From NCBI GenBank assembly GCA_009841335.1, contig VXLY01000028.1, positions 3,313 through 67,312 on the forward strand: a stretch of 64,000 nucleotides of DNA, read 5' to 3'. Position 1 is the stretch's first letter. Every line of letters starts with the position of its first letter. The translations under genes and the position numbers were made by a program. Shown here piece by piece: positions 18,551-26,630 of this stretch. The notes below the pieces were generated by a model, which was not told the origin of the DNA, ran no database searches, and was given only the letters and a program-made list of their open reading frames with translations. This DNA is from Rhodothermaceae bacterium (GTDB lineage Bacteria > Bacteroidota > Rhodothermia > Rhodothermales > Bin80).

Positions 18551-20101
18551 CTAATGTCCGGGGTTCTGCGTCACCACGCCACCGGAAATATCAATTTCCA
18601 ATTGCGGAATCGGATACACGAGACGTTCCGGCGTTAAGCTGAAGCTTGTCGGCCCATTGTAATTGGTGATCCTCTGGAACGTGGTCTGCTGGGCCCCCAA
18701 TTGCGCGTTCATTATTGCGATAGTCTGAGCCTCTGGAAGTCTGACCAGATCGAACCAACGGTGCATTTCAAAGGCAAACTCCAGCCTACGCTCCTTCATC
18801 AGCTTTTCCATGAAGCTGCCGGGCGTGTCGGGGCCAATATCCGCAAGACCCGCACGGCTCCGAACCTCGTTAATTAGGGCATAGGCCTCGCCACCCTCTC
18901 CCAGCGACTCCGCAAGCGACAACAGCACATCGGCATGGCGCAAAAGGACAAGATTGACGTCAGCTCCGTCCGACTCCGCGCTTGTATCTATAAACTTGGT
19001 GATATACCCCCCGGGCTCACGGCCCTCGACAGTGCCAAACGTGTGCGGAATCCGCAGATCATTCGGATCATCAAAGGCATCAATCAAGTCCTGAGTGACA
19101 AACGGGAAGAGAATCTCGCGTGTTGAGCCTCCAGCAACAATGCCCAGTTCGACAGCAACACTCTGAGGAATAAAGTGCTGGCGGAACAACCCCGTCTGAT
19201 TCGCTGGGTTAAAACTGACTTCAAAAATGGACTCAGCCGAATTGTCATTGCCGGGGCTATGGATCATCCCATAGTCGCTAAGGAGCGAATGCCTGCTGAC
19301 TACCTGACGTAGAGCGGCTGTCGCGGCCCCCGCATTTCCCCGCTGCAATTCTACTTTTCCCAGCAACGTCAGAGCGGCTGAGTTGGTAGCCCTGCCGACT
19401 TCATGGCCGGAACTGCCATCGTAGGTTTCGGGAAGCACGGCGGCAGCCTCCGTCAGATCTCGTACTATCTGATCGTAGACCTCCGCCTCCGAGGACCGCG
19501 CTATGGCAGTTTCCTCAAAATCTTCCGTAGGGGCTACCCTCAGCGGTGTGCCTCCCCAGAGATTGACCATATGGTAGTAAGTGAACGCGCGCACGAATTT
19601 GGCTTCTCCCACAATACGCGCAATCAGTGCTGCATCTCCGTCGGCATCGGGACCTCGGACGATGACCGTGTTGGCGAGATTAATGCAGTTGTACATCGCG
19701 GCCCACGTGATATCCAACAGCAGATTACCCGGTACCTCCGCAAATATATCTATCTCGACACGCTCCGCTTGGTCCGTATGGTCCAAGCCGGTATTATCTG
19801 ATCTTCCCTCAATAATGTTGTAAATAGTCCCGCTCCCGTAGATGGATCTCTGCGCGGCGTACACGCCGTTCATCCCGATCAGGAGCTCCTGATCCGTTGA
19901 GAAAAATGACGGAGCATCAATCCGGTCAACGGGTTCCACATCCAGGAAACTGTCACACGATAACCCGGCTAGCGAAGACAGCAGCACAAACATCACGACC
20001 CTAAACCCTCTTGCCGTGAAGCATTGCCAGTAGTTTTTCCGTAAGGGAGCACCTCCGTCCGCGGGCCCCGATAGCAATTTTTCGTTGTTCGACGATTTCA
20101 T
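18551..20101 (-). CDS. SusD/RagB-family nutrient-binding outer-membrane lipoprotein
   Basis: Follows susC by 11 nt if the start is the Met at 20101 (the ORF extends to 20143). Lipobox LSSLAGLSCDSFLDVEP. TPR-like SusD features are present (AYALINEVRSRAGL, ERRLEFAFEMHRWFDLVR). Confidence 0.85.
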   Translation of the reverse strand: MKSSNNEKLLSGPADGGAPLRKNYWQCFTARGFRVVMFVLLSSLAGLSCDSFLDVEPVDRIDAPSFFSTDQELLIGMNGVYAAQRSIYGSGTIYNIIEGRSDNTGLDHTDQAERVEIDIFAEVPGNLLLDITWAAMYNCINLANTVIVRGPDADGDAALIARIVGEAKFVRAFTYYHMVNLWGGTPLRVAPTEDFEETAIARSSEAEVYDQIVRDLTEAAAVLPETYDGSSGHEVGRATNSAALTLLGKVELQRGNAGAATAALRQVVSRHSLLSDYGMIHSPGNDNSAESIFEVSFNPANQTGLFRQHFIPQSVAVELGIVAGGSTREILFPFVTQDLIDAFDDPNDLRIPHTFGTVEGREPGGYITKFIDTSAESDGADVNLVLLRHADVLLSLAESLGEGGEAYALINEVRSRAGLADIGPDTPGSFMEKLMKERRLEFAFEMHRWFDLVRLPEAQTIAIMNAQLGAQQTTFQRITNYNGPTSFSLTPERLVYPIPQLEIDISGGVVTQNPGH

Positions 20102-20112
20102 TGTTCTAGGGA

Positions 20113-23100
20113 TCAATAGGTTAGGTGGATGCCGAAGGTCCATATGCGCGGCAGGGGCAGGTGCGGTGGACTCGTCAGTCCAATTTCCCTGCCATCGGCT
20201 ACGCCTGGAATCCTGGATCCGCCGAACAGCGACGGGCCGCCGGCCGAATTCCGTCGCCCTTCAGGATTGCCGCCAATGAAGCTGGTCCACATGTGGACGT
20301 TCTCCATAGACGTATAGATTCTCCCGCGCGCACCCCGGACGCCGATGCCCTGAAGCAGCCTCTGGGGCAGGTTGTAGGTCAGCGTTATGTTGCGGAGTCT
20401 GAGAAAATCTGTATCCTGAATACCAAGGCTGGAAACGGCTCCAATCCCGGTATCAAACCCTGAGGCGCTCGGCGTCTTGCCATCGCCAGGCTCACTTTCC
20501 GAAATGTACCGGCCATCGTACCAGAATTCCCTCGACAGATTGACACGACGGAACGGTGCGCCGATCTGAATGATGTATAGATCCAAAACAGAGGCACCGG
20601 CCTGTCCGTTGAACCGGACACTGAGCTCAAAGTCCTTGTAGCGAACATCCGTGTGGAATCCGTAAATGTAGTCCAGATTCGTTCCCTCCAGATTAACGCC
20701 ATCAGGTCCCAGGAAATTACTGATCGATCCATCGCCATCGGCATCTCTGTAGACCATCGTGCCCGGTGCCGCCCCCGGCTGCGCCGGATGCGTTTCCCCT
20801 TCCCGTACGATGCCCACATGCTCAACGACATGAATGTTCTGCAATTCTCCACCCACCGTGCGGCGTAACGCGCCGAAGAAATTTCTAATCTCTTCGTCGC
20901 CGCCCAAATCCAGAATCTCCTGATTGTTGTTCGTCACATTGCCGCCCACAACCAACTCGAAATCATTTGTCTCCATCACGGCGACGCTCGCGGACAGCTC
21001 AATGCCATCGTTGCGCATGCTGCCAATATTGGTCAGGAAGCCCCCATAGCCAGACGACGCCACGATATTCCGCGATAAGAGCAGGCTGGTAGTGACATTA
21101 TTGTAGTAATCCAGCACCACGCTGTAGCGGCCATCAAAGAGAATCAGATCGAGTCCAATATCAAGTTGCTCCGATGTCTCCCAGGTCAGTCCAGGGTTAC
21201 CCGGATCACCAATGGCTACTCCAGTCAATTGCACGGCTCCGAGCGAATGATTGACAGGTCTCAAGCTCGGCCGTGCAATGAAGTCGGGAATTGCATTGCT
21301 GCCTGTGGAGCCGTACGACACCCGAAGCTTTGCGTCGTTGACAAAACCCAGCTCTTTGACAAAGTCCTCTTCCGAGAGGCGCCAGCCGAGAGCGAACGAA
21401 CCGAACGTTTGATAGCGATTATTGGCCCCGAACCTTGAACTCCCGTCCCGCCGTACTGTGGCTGTTAGCAGGTATCGGTCCTTAAAGGAATAGTTGAGCC
21501 GTCCGAGAACAGAGGCCAGTGCGTTTTCGCCAAATCCGTTTCTAGAGGTAAGGGTCTCCGAGTCACCAATAGACAGAATCCGCGCTCCCGGAATCTGTAG
21601 CCCTGCTACGTTTGAGGACACGAATTCGACTCTGTCCCGCTGCAGGGTAAAGCCGGCCAGTACATCAAAGAAGTGATCCTGCCTAAATTGCCTACGGAAG
21701 TTGACCGTGTTTTCGTTCAGCCATCCCCGCTGCCACACCTGCCCCACATTCAGAGTGCTGACTGACGGATAGGAAAATCGGGGAGTGCCAGGGGGAGCGT
21801 CGTAGAGCGATTCATTCTTGTCAGATCCGATATTGGTAGACAGAATCGACTTGAACGTAATGCCGGGAAACGCCTCCACCGCCAAACTTACTCCTCCCAG
21901 CATCCTAAACAGATCATGCGTGCGCTTGTAGTGGTTGACGGTCTGCAGGGGGTTCCCAATTGGAAAGTTGCCTGGGACATAACTACCGATGGCATATTCG
22001 CCATCGGAATCAAAGATCGGGATAATGGGTGGCAAGAGAATGGCCTGCGCCCACGCAGATCTCCAGTCACTGCCATCTTCGCTGGGCCGACTGGACTTCG
22101 TGATCTTGGACACACTCGGAGCCACATTCAGCCCGAAAGTGATTCTGTTGTTGGGGCGATAATCCAGTTTGACGCGGGCACCAACCTTGTTGAATCCCTC
22201 GCCGGGTATGACCCCAGATTCCTGTGTATAGCTGCTTGAAAGCAGATAGGAGACTTTTTCGGTTCCCCCGTGTGCGGAAAGGGACCAGCTGTGGAAAGGA
22301 GCAGTCTCATAAAGCTCATCCTGCCAGTCCGTGTTCGTGGACCCATCCCAAACGCTGGAAATCCACTCGGGCGTCGTACCGCCATTTTTCTCAGTATGAA
22401 ATTGAACGTACTCCTGGGCATTCAGCATCTTAAAGCGTGAAGCCTGCGTGATGTTTGATACCCCAGCATTCATAGCTAAATTAATCTGAGCGGTCCCGAT
22501 AAGTCCAGACTTTGTGGTGACGATAATCACGCCGTTGGCTCCCCGAGACCCGTAAATGGCTGTTGCAGAGGCGTCCTTGAGCACATCAATCGATTCAATA
22601 TCCGCGGGGTTAAGCATTTGGGCATTCCGCTGGTCGGTCGGAAACCCATCGATTACCCAGAGGGGCTCGTAGCCGGCGGACAGGGAACCGATTGCGCGGA
22701 TAGAGATCTGAGCCAGATCCCCTGGGTTGGCACTGCGATCAGCTACATTGATGCCCGGCATCAGACCCTGCAATGTTTTTTCTACCGAAGCAACCGGCCG
22801 CGAAGCTATATCCGCAGCCGAAACTGAGGCAATGGATCCGGTGACATCTTTGCGCAACTGGGTACCGTAACCCGTAACGATAATTTCCTCAAGCCCCGCC
22901 ATGTCCTCCTCCATCATCACATCAATGACCGTCCGTCCTTCGATAGCCACTTCCTGCGTAACGAAGCCTACGAACGAGAATACGAGAATCGTTGCGTCGT
23001 CGGGGACGGTAAGCTCATAGTTGCCATCTATATCAGTAGCCGCCCCGATGAAGGTTTCCGGAACGCGTACCGTCGCACCGGCCAAGGGGTCTCCATCGAC

Positions 23101-23262
23101 ATCGGTTACGGTGCCCGTGATGGTCACGTCTTGTTGCAAGCCAATCGAGCTCCACGAACCAGGATGCGCTCCCGAGTTGGGGGCTATCTGGGACTGGGCC
23201 AGCGCTACGCCCAGGAAGGCTAGTAGCGGTGCAATGGGGAGAGTGGGCAGTCGAGTAAGCAT
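20113..23262 (-). CDS. SusC/RagA-family TonB-linked outer-membrane transporter
   Basis: 1049 aa. N-terminal CarboxypepD_reg-like domain (VTITGTVTDVDGDPLAGATVRVPETFIGAATDIDGNYEL). SusC signature IIVTGYGTQLRKDVTGSIASVSAADI, plug region (DIESIDVLKDASATAIYGSRGANGVIIVTTK) and terminal strand WTFGIHLTY. Confidence 0.9.
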   Translation of the reverse strand: MLTRLPTLPIAPLLAFLGVALAQSQIAPNSGAHPGSWSSIGLQQDVTITGTVTDVDGDPLAGATVRVPETFIGAATDIDGNYELTVPDDATILVFSFVGFVTQEVAIEGRTVIDVMMEEDMAGLEEIIVTGYGTQLRKDVTGSIASVSAADIASRPVASVEKTLQGLMPGINVADRSANPGDLAQISIRAIGSLSAGYEPLWVIDGFPTDQRNAQMLNPADIESIDVLKDASATAIYGSRGANGVIIVTTKSGLIGTAQINLAMNAGVSNITQASRFKMLNAQEYVQFHTEKNGGTTPEWISSVWDGSTNTDWQDELYETAPFHSWSLSAHGGTEKVSYLLSSSYTQESGVIPGEGFNKVGARVKLDYRPNNRITFGLNVAPSVSKITKSSRPSEDGSDWRSAWAQAILLPPIIPIFDSDGEYAIGSYVPGNFPIGNPLQTVNHYKRTHDLFRMLGGVSLAVEAFPGITFKSILSTNIGSDKNESLYDAPPGTPRFSYPSVSTLNVGQVWQRGWLNENTVNFRRQFRQDHFFDVLAGFTLQRDRVEFVSSNVAGLQIPGARILSIGDSETLTSRNGFGENALASVLGRLNYSFKDRYLLTATVRRDGSSRFGANNRYQTFGSFALGWRLSEEDFVKELGFVNDAKLRVSYGSTGSNAIPDFIARPSLRPVNHSLGAVQLTGVAIGDPGNPGLTWETSEQLDIGLDLILFDGRYSVVLDYYNNVTTSLLLSRNIVASSGYGGFLTNIGSMRNDGIELSASVAVMETNDFELVVGGNVTNNNQEILDLGGDEEIRNFFGALRRTVGGELQNIHVVEHVGIVREGETHPAQPGAAPGTMVYRDADGDGSISNFLGPDGVNLEGTNLDYIYGFHTDVRYKDFELSVRFNGQAGASVLDLYIIQIGAPFRRVNLSREFWYDGRYISESEPGDGKTPSASGFDTGIGAVSSLGIQDTDFLRLRNITLTYNLPQRLLQGIGVRGARGRIYTSMENVHMWTSFIGGNPEGRRNSAGGPSLFGGSRIPGVADGREIGLTSPPHLPLPRIWTFGIHLTY

Positions 23263-23691
23263 GATTCACCTTGTTCTGGTGGCAGGATCATCCGTGGGAG
23301 CAGCATGTACGGCTTCGCACCAGATGCATACCCCGTCACCAAGTCCTGCTTCCTGCAAACTGGCCGACTGCCGATGCGGCCGTCTTTTAGTATAAAACAG
23401 AATTTGTTAACAATTTTTGAGATTTTCTGGTCTTTTTTGGACGAAATGACAAGTCTGATCACGTCGGGCAAGGTGCAAGCCATCATCGTCCCCATTCAGA
23501 CTCCTCGCCTTCACTTGTATGGCAGTTCGGCATTCTGCACTCTCCAGCGACAGGAATAGCTGGCCCTTACTGGATCTCCGCCGAACGCGATAAAGATGAC
23601 CACCAGAAACATTCAAACGGGGCGCCATTTGCTGCTATCTGGCGCACCGCCCAAGCCGCCGGTTCCGAAATAGAAGCCCGAGCGATTATCC

Positions 23692-23699
23692 TAAAAAAA
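23692..23699. repeat. target-site duplication, left copy (TAAAAAAA)
   Basis: The 8 bp directly abutting the outer end of the inverted repeat at 23700 are identical to the 8 bp at 26362-26369. Confidence 0.8.
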
Positions 23700-23736
23700 G
23701 GGAATTATATACGTGTGTACCCATGAATTTACGAAA
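23700..23736. repeat. terminal inverted repeat of the IS (transposase-distal end)
   Basis: GGGAATTATATACGTGTGTACCCATGAATTTACGAAA. The reverse complement of 26325-26361 is GGGGATTATATACGTGTGTACCCATGAATTTACGAAA, differing only at position 4. Confidence 0.85.
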
Positions 23737-23766
23737 TAAGCTCATAGTACGAGCCTGCAAGAGTTT

Positions 23767-23934
23767 CTAACGTAGCTTGATCTTACCCGGGGGCGTATTC
23801 AGTAGTTTCTTGGCTAACGCTTCCGGTGAACCCAGCTGGATTGACCGCTGTACGTCTGCATAATCCTTTGTCGGACGCCCACGCGGGACTGACGCTTTCT
23901 TGCTCTTGCTTGATCTCCTATTGGTTCGTTTCAT
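23767..23934 (-). CDS. small basic ORF inside the IS (55 aa), function unknown
   Basis: Own translation: MKRTNRRSSKSKKASVPRGRPTKDYADVQRSIQLGSPEALAKKLLNTPPGKIKLR*. The ATG lies 2 nt after the methyltransferase stop. It falls below the ORF-track length cut-off and could be spurious. Confidence 0.3.
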   Translation of the reverse strand: MKRTNRRSSKSKKASVPRGRPTKDYADVQRSIQLGSPEALAKKLLNTPPGKIKLR

Positions 23935-23936
23935 GG

Positions 23937-25262
23937 CTATGCTGCTCTTGGTAATTGGGGAAGTCTATTGGCAAAGAAATCTTCTACGGTGTAAATCTGG
24001 ATCGTTGGAACGTCCATGAATCGGCCTGTACTGGCAGCGGCGTTTCGCATTCCGTTAGTTACACGATCTTCAAAGCAAGTGAAGATTCCCATATCTGCAC
24101 CGGCCTGCTGCCTTGCTCCGTTGAATGCTTGGACATGACCGGGATTCGTATGTCCGCCTTTCACTTGGGAAACCATGTCAGCGAAGTACCCCCTACGCAA
24201 TGGTATCCGGCCCCATCCATCTATCCCTCTATCGCCCCGTTGCTTTTTATTGGCTTCCATCCCGGGAGCCAAAGATGCTGCCCATGTCTCAAAACGGAAC
24301 GGATCAATGCTTGCCATTTCACGGGCTTGGCTTACCGTTTTTGGCATTCCTATGAACTCTACATCATCCCACACGCTGTCAAAGCTTTCTTTGAATCGCT
24401 TTTCAATCACCTGACAGGCTTTCGTGCATATATCAATCCCAATCCATCTGCGATCAAGTTCCTGAGCTGCTTGAAGTGTCGTGCCGCAACCGCAGAATGG
24501 ATCAAGTACCAACTGATTTTCTTGTGTAGATAACTTGATTACCCGTTGTAAGAGTGAGCCCGGTTTTTGAGTCTCAAATCCCTGATGTTCTTTTTGATTA
24601 CCCCTAAGTGCAGGAATATCCCATACGTCACGCATATTCACCATTGTGTACGCCCCTCCGTGATCCTCAAGAATCTCTATATTTTTGAATCCGTATTTGT
24701 GTGCTAGGTAGGACTTTTCCTTTTGTGGATAGAACTGGTGATGTTTTGATTTGGCATACAGGAATATGGTGTCATGCTTTCTGGATAACCAGCGTTTACT
24801 CACTCCCCCAGTCTTGTAATACCACACTATCTCATTTAGAAACGAATCCTTATGGGACGAATAGATGGCATTTAAGACAATGCGCAACAGGTAATTCATT
24901 GTAGGATCACAATGCAGAAACATGGTACCCGTAGGTTTCAGAACCCGAAAGCACTCCAGCAACCGGTTTGCCATGTAGGACAGATAGGCTAAATCTGAGC
25001 CCTCCCCGAGAATCGTTCTTAGCCCCTCCATCGTTGGAGCCATATCATTGCGACTGGCTACTTCGTGGAAATCATCTACAGCTTCATGCCACTGCCACGT
25101 ATCCTTAAATGCTACCCATTGAGCACCCCCCATATTCGCATTGTAAATCCGCTTTGAATTGAACGGAGGGTCAGCATAGATTACGTCCACGGATTCATCG
25201 GGAATAAACTCCCGCATCACGTCCAGACAATCCCCAAAATAGAGCCGGTTGGGCGTACTCAT
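23937..25262 (-). CDS. beta-class N6-adenine/N4-cytosine DNA methyltransferase fused to a C-terminal Mrr-like PD-(D/E)xK domain
   Basis: Motif IV DPPF (aa 31-34, VIYADPPFNS) precedes motif I (aa 254-262, DPFCGCGTT), which is the beta-class order. The C-terminal 120 aa or so have Mrr-catalytic-domain features: FRFETWAASL, GDRGIDGWG, MVSQVKGG, GADMGIFTCF. The ATG overlaps the transposase stop (ATGA at 25259-25262). Confidence 0.8.
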   Translation of the reverse strand: MSTPNRLYFGDCLDVMREFIPDESVDVIYADPPFNSKRIYNANMGGAQWVAFKDTWQWHEAVDDFHEVASRNDMAPTMEGLRTILGEGSDLAYLSYMANRLLECFRVLKPTGTMFLHCDPTMNYLLRIVLNAIYSSHKDSFLNEIVWYYKTGGVSKRWLSRKHDTIFLYAKSKHHQFYPQKEKSYLAHKYGFKNIEILEDHGGAYTMVNMRDVWDIPALRGNQKEHQGFETQKPGSLLQRVIKLSTQENQLVLDPFCGCGTTLQAAQELDRRWIGIDICTKACQVIEKRFKESFDSVWDDVEFIGMPKTVSQAREMASIDPFRFETWAASLAPGMEANKKQRGDRGIDGWGRIPLRRGYFADMVSQVKGGHTNPGHVQAFNGARQQAGADMGIFTCFEDRVTNGMRNAAASTGRFMDVPTIQIYTVEDFFANRLPQLPRAA

Positions 25263-26302
25263 GATCTTGGCAGATCATCCAGTTGCCCAGTGAGCATTTT
25301 GTAGGTAAGTCGTTTTCCGACCAGTCCCTTTGCTGTTTGCTCCATCTGGGTAACGGTGTCCAGGTGTCTGACGTTATGACGCCCCACAAACTCATCTACG
25401 TAACGCTGAAGGTGCTCTGGCGACATCTTGTGATATGTGCCATAGTATCCACGCTTCAACAGCGACCAGAAGGATTCCATGCCGTTGATGTGCGCCATAC
25501 CGTCTACGTACTCTTTGACTGAGTGCTTAACGGTTGCGTGGGCTGCTCTACGTAAAGCCTGGTAGGCTTTCGCGTCGTCAGTATAGGTTTGTGCTTCCTG
25601 ACGCGAAGTGCTGTATACGAAGCCTGTGAGCGTCTGAGCGGTAGTATCTGATACTACTCGTGCCTGTACCTGCTTGGTAGTACGGTCTTTTGTACCTACT
25701 ACGGCTGTTTTACCAACCGGACCGCGCCCCGCATTCAGTTTCTTATGAGCGTGTTTGTTCTTCTCTTTTCCACCTACATAAGTCTCATCCACTTCAACGG
25801 GCCCAGTAAATTGCTCCAGTTCCACATCCCACGTCTTGCGAATCCTGTGGGCTAAGTGCCACGCGGTCTTCTGAGTAATATCTAAGTCCCTGTGCAACTT
25901 CATGGATGATACGCCTTTGATCCCAGTATCTATGATGTAAATGGCTAATGCCCATACTTGATAACTCAATTTGGAATCCTGCATGACCGTTCCCACACGT
26001 ACACTGAACCGCTTACGACAGCCTTTCTCCCTGCACCTGTACGGCATATGATGCTTGGCACCCGTCTGGACGTTTGTGCTTCCACAATGAGGACAGGCAG
26101 GTTCATTTCCCCAACGCTGCTCGGCAAACCATCTTTCTGCCGTGGCATCATCAGGAAACAACTTCATGAGTTTCATCCATGAGATTCCTTTGCGGTACGA
26201 TTTGCCGGGCCCTGTTCTACGCTTTTCCATTGCTGTATTTACGTGTTGCTGTGTACCCAATATACGAAACAAGTTTGATATATGTTGCAATTTATGCAAC
26301 AA
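25259..26302 (-). CDS. IS1595-family transposase (zinc ribbon plus DDE domain)
   Basis: LMKLFPDDATAERWFAEQRWGNEPACPHCGSTNVQ...YRCREKGCRKRFS is the N-terminal transposase zinc ribbon. VEVDETYVGGKEKNKH and the following DDE region are typical of ISXO2/IS1595 transposases. The likely true start is the Met at 26230 (MEKRRTG). Confidence 0.9.
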   Translation of the reverse strand: MLHKLQHISNLFRILGTQQHVNTAMEKRRTGPGKSYRKGISWMKLMKLFPDDATAERWFAEQRWGNEPACPHCGSTNVQTGAKHHMPYRCREKGCRKRFSVRVGTVMQDSKLSYQVWALAIYIIDTGIKGVSSMKLHRDLDITQKTAWHLAHRIRKTWDVELEQFTGPVEVDETYVGGKEKNKHAHKKLNAGRGPVGKTAVVGTKDRTTKQVQARVVSDTTAQTLTGFVYSTSRQEAQTYTDDAKAYQALRRAAHATVKHSVKEYVDGMAHINGMESFWSLLKRGYYGTYHKMSPEHLQRYVDEFVGRHNVRHLDTVTQMEQTAKGLVGKRLTYKMLTGQLDDLPRS

Positions 26303-26324
26303 TTACATACCAATTTGCAACTGT

Positions 26325-26361
26325 TTTCGTAAATTCATGGGTACACACGTATATAATCCCC
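26325..26361. repeat. terminal inverted repeat of the IS (transposase-proximal end)
   Basis: TTTCGTAAATTCATGGGTACACACGTATATAATCCCC, the reverse-complement partner of 23700-23736. Confidence 0.85.
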
Positions 26362-26369
26362 TAAAAAAA
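26362..26369. repeat. target-site duplication, right copy (TAAAAAAA)
   Basis: Identical to 23692-23699 and directly abuts the IS end. Confidence 0.8.
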
Positions 26370-26630
26370 CTCATTGGGTCAATTGCCGTGGCCGCTGCAC
26401 CGTGCCGGGAAAGGCCATGATTGGATGCCGGGACTGCGATGGGCGCACTGTAATCGCACTGGTCCTGGCTTGCCGTTTGCCTAATCGTGTTCCCGCGATT
26501 CCTCTGGCCCAGATTCAGATGCGGGCTGAACGCGAAGGCAATCAGCCCGCCGACTGGTCTCTATCCGCTGTGTTCGTCCGCTCGTTCCCCGGCTGTTTCA
26601 AAGCAACTGGCGGCGCTTTGGGATATTACC

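Larger units (their letters stand above)
23700..26361 (-). mobile_element. IS1595-family insertion sequence (2662 bp) carrying passenger genes
   Basis: The element is bounded by 37-bp terminal inverted repeats (36/37 match) and 8-bp direct repeats. It contains an IS1595-type transposase, a DNA methyltransferase and a 55-codon ORF. Confidence 0.85.

Noticed and set aside
23389-23417. Promoter call for susC (TATACT with TTGTTA upstream)
   Set aside because: The spacing between the best -35-like and -10-like hexamers is 13 nt rather than 16-18. No TAnnTTTG Bacteroidetes-type -7 element is present, so there is not enough support for a feature.
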